64,000 nt of DNA. It comes from Paraspadella gotoi (lineage: Eukaryota; Animalia; Chaetognatha). Numbering within the stretch: position 1 is the stretch's first letter; each line of letters starts with the position of its first letter. The translations under genes were made by a program, and so were the position numbers. Shown one piece after another: positions 14,433 to 26,934 of this stretch. The notes beneath the pieces are model-generated. The model saw only the letters and a program-made list of their open reading frames with translations. It was not told where the DNA came from and did no database searches. The stretch lies in contig CM119264.1 in the NCBI GenBank assembly GCA_051294375.1, forward strand, positions 6,073,765 through 6,137,764. Reading direction: 5' to 3'.

Positions 14433-14465
14433 AGAGGAGAGTGACACTTTTCAATCTTCCCCCAG

Positions 14466-14619
14466 ACGAAATTCAACTTGACGGGCTATTCCATCTGCTA
14501 CTACCGCGACTACCGAAATGGACCTTACAATCCCTTCCCCTACCAGAAGAGCAGCATTTTTTGGGAGCTGCAATTCTACAAGGCGATATTCGCTATGGTG
14601 TTTTGTGTTTTGGTGAAAG
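14466..14619 (+). CDS. ANO: Anoctamin exon 17 (TKFNLTGYSICYYRDYRNGPYNPFPYQKSSIFWELQFYKAIFAMVFCVLVK)
   Basis: CxYxDYRxxP....Y....xW motif then TM10; cccag and G|GTAAAA sites; 1-nt phase mismatch with exon 16. Confidence 0.88.
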
Positions 14620-14664
14620 GTAAAAGGCTTGTGAAAGAAGCGAGAGGGATATTTTCCGGAGTAC

Positions 14665-14910
14665 TCACGGCGCAACTCTGTAAGTCTGTCGGTCGGTCGG
14701 TATGTCTGTCCATCGGTCTGTCCCTCGTACTTTAAAAATGCTCATAACTTACCTATAGTTGGTTGCTCATTTGTTAATACAGCGCCACATTCGAGAAATC
14801 TTAAAACTATAAAGAATAAAGGACGGAATTCCGATGCAGTGCGTGTCATAAATATACGGGCTAAGAAAATGACTGCGGTGCAATACATTGGATGGACCGA
14901 TCTTGTTTAA
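14665..14910 (+). mobile_element. Dispersed repeat family copy 2 (in anoctamin intron 17)
   Basis: Same motif order as copy 1. Confidence 0.7.
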
Positions 14911-15213
14911 TCTGTCGATTAGTTAAAGCATTTTCTTAAGTTTTCCGACTTTGTAGCAAAATGTTTTAGGCATACAATTTTAAGGAAAATTAAGTACTAT
15001 GGGTTTTTTAGTTACTTGATATTTTCAAAGAGAAAAATATTGGCTACAGAAGTTGTTGATATATTGTCAATAATTATCTCTCTACGAGTCAACGACCTCC
15101 GTTTCTCTCCCTTCTTTAACCTCTTAGACTAAGATGACTAAAGAAAAAAAGGTAATGAACTCACCATGCTTTTTATTTTGTTGTTGTTGTTATTGCTTTT
15201 GTTTGGTTCTCAG

Positions 15214-15289
15214 TGATTTGTTGCTTGGTAACGCGATGTATTCCCCCGAGACACGCGCACTTCATCAAGAGGAAGAAGGAGGCGTTCAG
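15214..15289 (+). CDS. ANO: Anoctamin exon 18 (VICCLVTRCIPPRHAHFIKRKKEAF)
   Basis: ttctcag acceptor in phase 1, AG|GTTGGA donor; IP...IKR motif after TM10. Confidence 0.75.
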
Positions 15290-15444
15290 GTTGGAAAATC
15301 ATCTCCCCTTGTTTCTTAATAATTCATCGCTTTAATTAATTTTTAACTTTTTATTAATAAAAATTCAAAATAGCTCTTCTTTCCTTTCAGTTTTTTTTTC
15401 CCTCAATAAACTTTCTTGGAATTTCTTTCCCCTCTTTATTTCAG

Positions 15445-15478
15445 GGAAGACTACATGGAAAGGAAGAGGCTTAGGAAG
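15445..15478 (+). CDS. ANO: Anoctamin exon 19 (REDYMERKRLRK)
   Basis: tttcag acceptor in phase 2, AAG|GTGAGG donor (or read-through to TAA at 15491-15493). Confidence 0.6.
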
Positions 15479-15687
15479 GTGAGGAGTCAGTAAGGACTGA
15501 GGAGTGAGGAGTCAGTAAGGAGTGAGGAGTGAGGAGTGAGGAGGGCGAATCGAAGAGTGAGGATTCCTCACTGAGGAAGGGTCCATTTGGAAAAATGACC
15601 CGAATCAAAAAAGGGTCACGTGACTCATTGTTATTCTTTGAGTTTCTTCTCTTCCCTTAATTTTTTTGTTGTGAATTTTTTTTTCAG

Positions 15688-15711
15688 ATTATCGAACGAT
15701 TTCGCCGTTGA
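15688..15711 (+). CDS. ANO: Anoctamin putative terminal exon 20 (IIERFRR*)
   Basis: Strong poly-T cag acceptor, phase 0, TGA stop; AATAAA near 15864. Confidence 0.45.
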   Translation: MIERFRR

Positions 15712-16113
15712 AATTCGGAGGTGAAAAATTGGGCGAGTCACGTGATCGTGATGTGTTCTTTTGTTTTTCGTGCGCGAGGATTTTTCGTGAAATAGAGCGG
15801 AAGATGAAGTTGATTTTTATTTCTCGATAGGAATTCTAAGGTTATTAGAAATGTTTGTAAAAGAATAAATTATGTTGTAACGGCATATTTACTATTTCTC
15901 AAACTTTTTTATTTGATTTTTGCCTTTTTGATAAATTTTACCTTTCAATTTTTTTTTTAGTTTCGTTCTTTATTTTTTATTTCCTTCTATGTTTCCTTCT
16001 TACTTTTCCTATTTTCTTTCACCATTACTGCCTTGCCATATTTTTTCATGGTTTGGTTTTGCTATTTTAGCTTCAATTTTACTTCGCTATCCAATATAAA
16101 AGGGGGCGTGACC

Positions 16114-16172
<59 letters not shown>

Positions 16173-16736
16173 CACGAATGGGTTTTTGGTTCCCTTTAAA
16201 TTTTCCCAAAATCCATATAAATTTTAATGTCTTTTGTGATTTTACATTGGAGGAAAAAACGGGAAAAAATGATAAAGAGAAAAAAGTGAAATGAATTGAA
16301 ACAAATCGATTGTTAGATTAATCAGGGAGAAAGATGTAGAAATGAAAGAGAATTGACAAACTCGTTAAGTCGATTTTTCAATTAAAACCTCGTTTTGCCA
16401 GATTTGAGACAAAGTGGACGAAAATTCCCTGAAATATATATTCACGTTTTTATACTTCGAAGAAGTTAGTACGATTTAAAATTTATTAAATTTCTCTGAC
16501 CCACGTACGGACAAATAATTAAACGTGAGACTAAAGTAAAAATACCGAGAATTGGTTCGTTTTGTAGTATTTTTTCTTATTAAAGCTCCATTATTGAATT
16601 GTCTCTGATCAGTTTCTTCATGTTTTTTCTCAGGAGATTCTAAAGGAATCGGAAATTCGTGTGGATAAAAAAAAACATCTTTTATTCTTTCTCTCTGTCT
16701 CTCTCTCTCTCTCTTTCTCTCTTCTCTCTCTCTCTC

Positions 16737-16775
<39 letters not shown>

Positions 16776-17563
16776 CTTCTCTCCGTTAATTTTCCCATTT
16801 TTCTGCTCGTCGCTCTCTGATTTTTTCCCCGGCGACCAACAAAAGCTTTTTGTTAGCTTCATATAAAAAGTGAGAAAAATTAGCGCGGGAGGCGGAGGCA
16901 GCGACGACAGCGGCTGTTCGGCGGGCGGCGCGGCGATGGCAGCGGGGAGGCGCGGCGGATTCGGCAGCGACGCAAAAGGCAATGCGGCGATCGTAGCGGT
17001 GTCTGCGGTGGAGGTGGCGGTTTCTGAGGTTAGATGGCGCCAAAGGTCAAACAACTCAATGCTCCGTTTGGGAAAAACAAAAGACTCGAGAAAAGAAAAA
17101 AAAAATTGGTTCTCGTCTCCGAAACCAATTCGTGTCTTTCATCAAAGGTGGCGAAGCGGAATATAATTTTATACGAAGTGGAATTTTTTAGTAAAATTCT
17201 GTTTCATTACTCATCCTCTTTCAATTACGACTCTTTTTTTTTAAATTAAAGCGAAACCCCACGTGGAGTAAACGGGAGCAATTGTGAAAAATGAGGCTCT
17301 TCTTTGTGTCGTCGTCGTCGTCCCATTTTCCTTCAATTCGAGTGTTTTTCCTTAAATTACATGAGAACTAAAGAGAACAAGGCAATAACAAGACTTTTTC
17401 GGCATTATTTTCCGAAAGCGCCCAATTTCTAATTATAAACTTAATTTACCCAAATATTTAACCCTAATCCTTATTGTGTAATCCTTTCGTTTCGTTGCTT
17501 TAGGAATTTGCAGGAATAAGTTTGATTTGTTTGTGACAACGATTTGTTTTATTTCAGTTTAGA

Positions 17564-17606
17564 AACGGACATGTTTCGGCTTTGAATACAAGCCTTCTTC
17601 AGCGTT
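17564..17606 (-). ncRNA. Minimal type-I hammerhead ribozyme motif (Penelope-type)
   Basis: Minus strand reads AACG-CUGAAGA-A-GGCUU(GUAUUCA)AAGCC-GAAA-CAUG-UC-CGUU: perfect stems I and II, palindromic ACAUGU stem III, GUC cleavage triplet. Confidence 0.75.
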
Positions 17607-19783
17607 GACAGCGTTGACAGCGTGGTGAACGAGTACTTAGCTGTCCAAGCCAATGGGACAAGCTGAGTTTCACCAAGCTATACGGGAGGCGAATTTTAGG
17701 ATTCGCCACTATGAATCGATTTATTGAAATCAGAAAAGCGAATGGAATCGAATTGGCTAATTGTACAAAGTGGCATTCATTTTTATACGGCGAGAGAGAA
17801 AATTGGTTTACATTTGTAAAGTAAATAATTCTAAAAATACTTCCAAATAAGGTAACGTTTTGCGACCGGCGTTTGAACAGAGGGAGCAAAACAATTTCTT
17901 AGCGGGCATTGGAATTTTTAAAGAATTCGACCGGCGATTTTATTTTCTTTCTTACTAATAATAATAATCAGGATCTCCACTGTTTGATAATCCAGTTCCA
18001 GAATCGCGGTCTTTTTCAAATCTGGTGAAGCGATCGTCAATCGTAGAGGATTGTATCCCCCTTCACGGATTTGGATGCGAGAGAGAAAATGCAAAAAAAT
18101 GCTGTGGAGACCTAGTTTGCCGACAAATTTATTAATTTCAATCAATTTTTACAGTTAGATTGTGAAATAAGAATTGTTTAATGTTTTATATTGTTTTTAT
18201 TTTAGAGGTATATTCGGAGTGGCAATTATGTGCACCGGGCCGTTGTAATGAAGCATTGAAAAAGTTGCATGAGGAGAAGAAACTTAAATAGCTAAAAATA
18301 TAGTAAAACAAGTGCATAATCTTGTAACTTTCATAGAACATTGTCAATGTTGTAGTACAGATGTTTAATTTTACAACATGCTTGAATAAAGTTGAGTACA
18401 CTTCTGAAACAGCTTTTACTGGACATTGGACAATAAATAAAGCGGCAAATCCCACTAGCGTCGATTTAATCAAACGATTCCATCTAGTGGCGGTTCCATC
18501 GACAAATTTCATCAAGCGGCTATTCCATCCAGCGCGGATTCCATCGGCGAGAGATTCCATCTCGCGGCGCCCTAACAGTTAACGATAGCAAACAATGAGA
18601 ATTGACGTCGAAGAGAAATTACATAAATCGTCAGCGCAACAAATCTCCTTAGGGAGAAATTTAATTTACGGCGAAGACTCGATTTTTTATCGAGAGTCGA
18701 TGGAGAAAGTGGGTTGGGGGCTCGAGGGGAGGAAGGAGGAAAGAATTGTAAATACAAGTAACGAAAGGAAATAAAGGGAGGAAAATAAAAGGAAAGGAAT
18801 AGAAAGAAGGAAGGAAGGAAGGAAAGGGATTAAAAACTGGAAAGGAAGGGACTATAAGAGGGAAAGACAAAGGAGAAAATGTAAAGAAATAAAGAAAGAG
18901 GGAAAAGGATGAATATAACTTTTGAGGAAAGGAATGAAAACGAAAAAAGCGAGAAAAGAGAAGTAAATCGGATTATGAAGACGAGTCGGTTGTTCGGAAA
19001 AAAAGGTTGAGGACAAAAGTTCAGACGGCGTCGACCTGAGAAAGAGGTTTTGAAGTTGAGGAAACAGAAACTAAATCTTCGTGATTTTATAGTTTACATC
19101 GCAGAATAGTGAAGATATCTAGAAAGCTCGCATAATTTCTGTAAAAAGTCAGAGAGTGCCCGATAGCGATACTTTTCGCCGCCCAAAGCACAATTTCGCC
19201 TCTGAGTCTCACACTTTATCGAGCGCACCGCAGTTTCCGACCGCATGGCACATTTTTTTACAAACAAACAAAAAATCTCCTTCGCGAAGATTTATTTGTG
19301 CGTAATAATTTAATTCGGTCCGAGACGCTAATCCGCCAGCACATTTCGCACAGTGTACTTTTTAACAACTCATTTTTCTTAATTTTACGAGGAAGAAAAC
19401 TTTACGATGGTAATGAACCATTCATTTTTCCTAGTCATTGTGATGTGGAACAAGGTGTTATCAACATACTTTTTAAATAAGAGTTTTACTCTCCGTGTAC
19501 TAGTATTCTCCCTTACACATGAATCACTTTTTGACCCAGTCTATCAAATTCCATGCTATTTGCGTAATAGTCATTTGGTCAACCATAAGTCGTGGCTGTC
19601 ATGACAACCATTACTCTGTCGAGAGAAAGATCGGTCGATGCGCTTTTGTTTCGAGACGAAGTTGAAAAATTTGAGACTCACGTCCCGTTATGCGTACCTT
19701 GGCCCTTCACTGTATTTTTTTCGTATTGCTGTTCTCGTTCTTCCCATGCACACGCTCTCTCTCTCTTTTTCTCTCTCACTTCA

Positions 19784-19848
<65 letters not shown>

Positions 19849-20694
19849 CTTCTCTCTCTCTCTCTCTCTCCATCGTTGAATATTCTCTTCTCGAGAATCC
19901 GCGCCTTCTTTTTCGTTCTCGATGGACGCGTTTCCTTGCTGCTGCTGACGATGATAATCCATTCGCAGTTGCTGCAGAACAACAGCAACACTACAGCCAC
20001 GGAGAGAGAAATATATTCAGCGGCGGCGAAATCCTTAATGGTGACTTTATCGACAGGGATTTCCGGATGACGCGGCGCGAGAGACCACGCCCACTTTGGT
20101 AACTTCAACGCTATCATCGCCGATCCTTCCCTCCTCTCTTTTTACGACCCACATCCCCGGCACTATCTGTGACCTCCTTTTGTTACTCATCTCTCTCCAT
20201 CGTTAAACGAACTTTGTTCCATCTGTGACTCCTATCTGTGACCCCAATATCCTCCAATCCGTGACCCCATCTCCTCTTATCTGCGACCTTCCTCACCGCC
20301 TTTCTCTTTCAACCCGAGTCCTCCAGAGAGCGGAAATCCGTTTCGAAGCGTCGGATCTCGAGCGGTAATTAAACCAGTCGTCTTCGTCGTCGGCGTCGTC
20401 GTCGTCTTCGTCGTTATTGTCGTCAACGTTGTCGTAGTCGTCGTCGCTGTCTTCGTTAAAGTCGTTGTCGTCTTCGTCGTCGTCGTCGTCGTCGTTGTAG
20501 TCGTCGAGGATGAAGCCGACGTTCGGGAGTCGTTTCTTATTTCCTCGGTTGAGACTCGGATAAATGCCCGGAACAGTCATTCACTCATTGGTTTAAGTTA
20601 TTTTCAACCCGGAAGTTATGAGTTTGCCTCTAAATGACTGATTGATAGATTCGTTAAACTACCTAGAGACTTTGTACGAAAGATAGAAACAGAG

Positions 20695-20780
20695 TAAGGG
20701 TTAGGGATTAAGTTAGTGATAAGGTTAGTGGCTAAAGTTAAGGATTAGGTTAGGGTTAGGGATTAGAGTTAGTGATTAGT
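20695..20780 (+). repeat. Degenerate TTAGGG-like tract
   Basis: GTTAGGGATTAAGTTAGTG...TTAGGTTAGGGTTAGGGATTAG. Confidence 0.6.
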
Positions 20781-20976
20781 TTAAAAGTTTAAAAACATGT
20801 TTAGCTTATATATTGAAATTAAAATGGCATACACGAGCAGAAAAGGGGCGCTCTGGAAAGAGAGTACCGAGCAGAAGTATCCCTGGCTGATCGACATCCC
20901 TTTACGAGTTTTCAAATTGTCTGAGCGCTGATAAACTCTCTCTAACGCAAAAAAATACCGAGAATAATCCCTTCCC

Positions 20977-21039
<63 letters not shown>

Positions 21040-21656
21040 ACTTACGTATTTTTCTTCATTTATATTTATTCGCCGCGATTTTCTCTCCAACGCCCCGAGA
21101 AGTAAAAGGCGTCTCATATAATAATATCTCTCTTCTCCATTTCTCGATATTCACTCTTTCTATTTTTCACCCTTTATTTTATTGTTATATTCATACGGTT
21201 TTCATTATTTTTTTTTCTCTCTAGTTTATTATTACTTTATTAGTCGTACCTGACTCGAAAATTAATTTCTTCGGTCGGTCGGTCCGCCCCTTAACAAACC
21301 AAAGAATTCGACGAAATCTTCTCAAAATCTTGAGAGAATCAAGCGATGAGAGAGACTAATGGTGAATCGTAAACGGGACGAGGGTTAAAATGTAATATTC
21401 GTGAATACAATTAAAATTGCAATTAAGAAAAGTATACAAAGAAGGGATTATTCTCCCCAGCGGTGAATGTCAGAACGAAAGCGAAAAAAGCGTCATGATT
21501 ACCGCTTGAGTAGAAAGAAAAAAGGAGGAAAGGAAAGAGAAAAGGAAACGGAGGAAAGAAAAGGAGAAGGAAAGAAGAGGAACGGAGGAAAGAAAAGAGA
21601 AAAGGAGCGATCCCGAGCGTAAATGAGGTTAGCTTTTTCCAAGCCAAAAACCTCAA

Positions 21657-21709
<53 letters not shown>

Positions 21710-21715
21710 TCTCTC

Positions 21716-21751
<36 letters not shown>

Positions 21752-23187
21752 GATTTCGTGCTCTTTCTCTCGATCCGTCTTTGCCAAATAATTTGTCACC
21801 ATGTGGTTAGCTCACCGGGTTTTTGCTTTCTTTTTCCTTCTTTCCCTCCTTCTCTCCATTTTTTTTTCCTTTCCCCTAAAAGGCCTTTCCCCTTTTTTTA
21901 TTCTTTTTTTTTTCCTTTTCCCCAATTTTCATGGCATCGAGAAAGGACCTGACAAACAGATGAGAAGCCAATGGCATCGTTGTTGTCGTTGTAGTGGAGG
22001 TTGTTGTCGGACTTCTCTTCCATCGATTTTTCTCTATTTACCGAAACTGGACGGTTTTTTTTCCCTTTTTTTCTTTTTTCTTTCTTTTTTCTGCATTCTT
22101 TCCTCTTTCCATTCTTTCGTGTTTTTCTGTCGAACGTAGTTTAGATTGTGTAATGCGTATACGACGTTTCCACCGGAGCCACGATGCGACGGAATTTTAT
22201 TTCGATACATCGATACTCTGATCAACGAATGATATGGAAAAACATTTCTAAGCGCGGGGGAACGGTCGCAATGTCACGGAGATCGCTTCGATCGAGCGAG
22301 GGATGTTTCAAGCCCGGGGTGTTTCATGACCGCGTCTTTGAAATTAATCCGGTGAAAAGAGTCATTTCGGGAAAATATCTTGAGAAATGAGGGAAATTAA
22401 GAGGTTAGAGGAAAGCGAAGGAAAAGACGAAGGATAACGACGACGAAAAAAGATTCTTTAGAATCACAGAAGTCATTAGGTAAACCGAGGACGAGTCACG
22501 AAGAAATGTAGGAACGGGAAATGGGAGAATTCCTGTCACATGTGATCGGAGCAAAATGAATGTCAAGTCGGGTACATACTGACTTCCAGGTGCTTACTAC
22601 CGATGCAAAAAGTCGGAAGAACAAGATGAAATCTAACTCGCAACGCGGCGAAGATCGGTTACTAAAGAAATTCGGACTTGGGGCAAAACGTAAGAACAAC
22701 AAAAGTCAGAAGAGAAGAGAGTAAAAATAAAAGAAGGAAATATAAGAAGAAAAAGAAAAAAAGAAAGAAGAGTGAAATCACGAAGGACGATGGCGGGGAA
22801 AGCGTTGGAAAAAGTCGCCGGGGAATCGAGAGGAGGAGGAGGAGGAGGAGGAGGAGGAGGAGGAGGGAGAACGGGGAAAGACGAAGGAGATATTAATGAG
22901 AAAAGTATAAAATGAAGTGGATGCCGATGAAGAAAATAGAAGATAAAATAAAGGAGATCTTTAAGAAGAAAAAGTGGGAGAAAAATATAGAAATAAAGGG
23001 GAGAATATTAAATGTTTCATATTGAAAAAAAAAAGACAACGGTTTTTAAAAAGTTTAAAAATGACGTGGTTGATCATGAAGCGATAAGAAAAAGAAAATG
23101 ATCGAAAGCCGTAAAAATGAATCTGTTGATTAATGATCTATTAAAGAAAAACCGTAAAAATGAAAAATGATACGTATGAATGAAAAT

Positions 23188-23231
<44 letters not shown>

Positions 23232-23579
23232 TAAGATGGAAAGAAGAAGAACCTTGACTTTCTCATTTCTCTAAACCTTCAGACCTTCTCCTGCTTCACT
23301 TCATTCCTCTCTCTCTTTTGTGTGTAAAAGAGTTAAACTACAAAGGGTTAATGACGATATTCAGGACATTACCCTCTTCACATATTTCTTCCTCAATAAA
23401 AATGATCCCCAACGCGAACTGCAAAATCGAATTCGAATTTTGCATCTGAATGAGAGACTCTCCCTCAGCCTTCGAGAGCCGGAAAGGCACGGACCAGCGA
23501 AGGCTGCCCTTCTCGGCTCGAGGATCCCGACGAGGACGGGACGATTGAAAAAAAAAATGAATCGGAGGGAGGAACGACC

Positions 23580-23700
23580 GGACGAAAGGACGAAGGGACG
23601 AAGGGACGAAGGGACGAAGGGACGAAGGGACGAAGGGACGAAAGGACGAAAGGACGAAGGGACGAAAGGACGAAGGGACGAAGGGACGAAGGGACGAAAG
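23580..23700 (+). repeat. (GGGACGAA)n minisatellite
   Basis: Visible 8-bp unit; longer and noisier in the duplicate at 11240-11610. Confidence 0.9.
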
Positions 23701-23913
23701 AGGCGGCCGTCGCGGACGCGTTACGAGAGACTCGGAAGGCAATGACCTCCTCTCCGGCTTCTTTCGTCCATTGGCTCCGGCCACGCCCACTTCCCCCCCC
23801 CCGCACTCCCCCCAGCGCCGCATAACTTATTCTCTTTTTTTTCCCCACCATCAACTTCGAACCACCCAATCACTCCCTCCCCCACCCAAACAATCCCCTC
23901 TCACCAACCTCAC

Positions 23914-24297
23914 CCATTTGGGCTTGGGCTTTTGAAAGTCCACCAAGAGCCTCCTCGCCTCGAACCTCAACGCCAGCAGATTGTGCAGCAATGAGAAGAG
24001 CGGCCCCAATGGATTGGCCGTCACGAAAACGACCATGAGGGTGAACTGGAGGACGAGGTTGGCGAACTCCATGACCCAGTCCTCGTTCCACAGGTAGTAG
24101 TCCTTCTCCCACTGAGGCATGGCGTCGTAGCGGGCGTCTCCTTCGGCGTCCAGTCGCGCCGGATCCGTGGCGGCGAGACGGGCTTGTTCCCTCTCCTGCG
24201 CCGCCCGCAGCCGCCGCAGCTCCAGCTGCTCCCGCTGCAGCTTGTTCAGTTTTCTCTTTTGCGCTCGGGAGCCGGAGAAGTAGAGTTGGATTTTGAC
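23914..24297 (-). CDS. ANO: Anoctamin exon 15, TM7-TM8 (...MPQWEKDYYL...EFANLVLQF...ANPLGPLFSLLHNLLALRFEARRLLVDFQKPKPKW)
   Basis: PQWExDYxL, E..xxQF...PLxPLFxLxxN...RxxA motifs; 128 codons; TGG|GTGAGG donor in phase 0. Confidence 0.93.
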
Positions 24298-24557
24298 CTG
24301 AGAATGATATTATAAATATTATAAATATTATAAATCACAAATTTAAAGTCAGAAAATATTACCGTGATGAATCATCGGATTAGCTTATTACCGCTTAATT
24401 ATTGTAGGCAGATCCTACATTGTTTGCTCAAACTTGTTTTTATTTGTCCGAGTTCATCGATTTGTTTTTTTGTTTATGTCTGTGTGTCTGGATATCTTAG
24501 AGGTGTCTCTCGGTCTCGTTTCCTGTCTCTGTGTCTCTCTGTCTCCTCCTCCCAAAC

Positions 24558-24746
24558 CTGTATAATATCGCTAATGCTTTGCCAGATGAGCGACCCTCCT
24601 AACAGCGACGCCGTCTCGACGACGAGGTCCAACTGTCGCCCCGAAGGAGGGAAGTAGTCGAGTTTGACGGGCGACTCCACTTCCTGTCTTCCTTTGGTCT
24701 CCTTTTGTGAGCGGAACTCTTCCGTGAAGAATCCGCGGACGTAGAC
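24558..24746 (-). CDS. ANO: Anoctamin exon 14, TM5-TM6 (VYVRGFF...DYFPPSGRQLDLVVETASLLGGSLIWQSISDIIQ)
   Basis: 63-codon open exon with ctcag and CAG|GTTTGG sites; aligns to the FxGxF...PxG...EL...G...TM6 segment. Confidence 0.88.
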
Positions 24747-24781
24747 CTGAGAAGGGGGACCACTGGGTTGTCGTTGTGGGT

Positions 24782-25390
24782 GTAGGTTCCATTGCTACTC
24801 AGGAAAGGTGAATCCGAAACATACAAACAAGGAAGCATCAGTGCAACGATGGCGTTGACGACGGGGCGTCAATTTCACAATGGCATTAATGCCACTGTCA
24901 GATTCACGTTATCATTTGAAACCGTTGTGGCGTCAGTGCCGTAAAGGAACTCAAAACCCATCAGAATCAAGATTGTAATTAAAACAGTTATGGTCGCACA
25001 GTTATGATGGCACTTGCAACTATCAGTGTCAGTGTCACAATGACGTTTGAAATCATTGGTGGTTAAGATGGCGTGTTTGTAGTTGTAGGTTCCGTTGCTA
25101 CTCAGGAAAGGTAAATCCGAAACGTACAAACAAGGAAGCATCAGTGCAATGATGGCGTTGACGATGGGGGGTCAATTTCACAATGGCATTAATGCCACTG
25201 TCAGATTCACGTTATCATTTGAAACCGTTGTGGCGTCAGTGTCGTAAAGGAACTCAAAAGTTATGGTCGCACAGTTATGATGGCATTTGCAACTATCAGT
25301 GTCAGTGTCACAAACTCGCAATGACATTTGAAATCATTGGTGTCAGCGTTAAGATGGCGTGTTTAACTATTGGTGCATCAGTGTCACAAT
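24782..25390 (+). repeat. ~304-bp tandem duplication in anoctamin intron 13, decaying into GTGTCA repeats
   Basis: GTAGGTTCC.TTGCTACTCAGGAAAGGT at 24782 and 25086; near-identical minus-strand ORF starts MLPCLYVSD. Confidence 0.85.
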
Positions 25391-25723
25391 GACAGTTGAA
25401 ACTACCATCGCGTCTGTGTCACGTGTCACGTGTCACGCGACTGTGAAATTTGAAACCACTGTGGTGTCAGTGTCACGATGGAATTTGAAACCATTGTGAC
25501 GTCACTGTCACGATGGCGTCTGCTTCCATTTTCTTTCTCGCAAGAATCGCGATTGAAGAGAAAAACGGAGGCGCCTCAAACGGGAGAAATCCTTTGGGAG
25601 ATAATAAAGACTCGGTTCCCTCAGCTCGAGAGGGAGAACTCCCATTTAGTCTCTAAACGGACGGAAGAGAGAGAGCAATATCCCTGGCTTTCTTTTCTGG
25701 CAATATTCCTTTCTTTTTTCATT

Positions 25724-25775
<52 letters not shown>

Positions 25776-26147
25776 TTATTTTTTTCTTGCTTTTATTTTA
25801 TTATTTTCTAGATTTTTTTTACGTATTATCCTTTATTCTCTCTACCTATATTTTCTCTTTCTACTTTACTCTTTTCCCTAATCATTCTTAATACTTTGAA
25901 TTCGATACACTAAGCTCGATTTATTTTTAAGTTCATTGTTTCACAGCCACAGTTTCAAACTCTTTCGCGTAATTACGTCGGTGAAGGAGTTTAAAGTTTC
26001 CCTCAGAAAATCCAATTTCCTGTTAAAGTATTTTTTTCGAAAATATTTTCAAATAAAAGAATTACGAATTCTGTATTGAATACAATATATTATTATTCAT
26101 ACTGTATCAAAACAATTATAAAAATATATAAAAATATAAAAACCTAC

Positions 26148-26346
26148 CTCGTAGAGGAGTGGGGATGCGTAGCAAATTGTGTTGAAGAGCCAGATTTTAT
26201 TGGCGTAACTCTTGTTGAACCCTGAGTCGCTCCTGTGCATCTCCTTTTGGGTCAAGAAGATCGCCAGGAACGAGTAGAGGATCATGAGGATCGTGATCAC
26301 CGTCACGTGAACCCCGGTCACCAACAGAGGCACCACGAACTGGAAT
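26148..26346 (-). CDS. ANO: Anoctamin exon 13, TM4-TM5 (...AIFLTQKEMHRSDSGFNKSYANKIWLFNTICYASPLLYE)
   Basis: LTxxExHRx...S...KxxLF motif; GAG|GTAGG donor. Confidence 0.92.
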
Positions 26347-26776
26347 CTGAGGGTTGGGGTGGGAGAGGATGTGAACGGCGCAGAAACGAGGAATAGGGAG
26401 AGAACAAAATAAGGAAAAAAAAAACTCAGTGAGGAGAAAAGGAACGAGAAAACGAAAAAATAAAGAAAGAAAGAAAAAAGAAAGAACACGACCTAAAAAG
26501 AAAAACAAATCCAAAGGAAGGAACGAAAGGAGAGAAAGGCTTGTAAGAATAAAAGGATTTTGACTTGACCTAGAGGAGAGCTCGTCATGAATTAGATTGG
26601 AGCTGGACTTGACTTAAAAGGGGAACATGACTTATAAGAAACTTGACTAAAAAAGGAACTTAAAGAGAGAGTTTGCCTCAGTGGGTTCTAAACATAAAAC
26701 GAGATCATGACTTTATTTAAAATGCAGCCAGACTTAAATTTAAGCATGATTTGAACGAAAAGTTGTCAACCCTTAC

Positions 26777-26934
26777 ACCCAAGACGTATCCTTGCTCCAC
26801 TTGACGACGAGCGAGATCTCCAACGCGAGCTTGAGAGCGACTTGGAGGGCGACGACGAGCAGAACGCAGAAGACGAAGAGGAGGAAGAGGAGCCAGGAGA
26901 GGCAGGCTCGAGAGGCTCGTCGAGTCTCGTTCAC
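26777..26934 (-). CDS. ANO: Anoctamin exon 12, TM3 (VNETRRASRACLSWLLFLLFVFCVLLVVALQVALKLALE...)
   Basis: ctccag acceptor, GTAAGG donor, hydrophobic helix, phases fit both neighbours. Confidence 0.88.

Noticed and set aside
20695-20780. True telomere or chromosome-fusion scar
   Set aside because: Short and highly degenerate, with only about three exact TTAGGG units.
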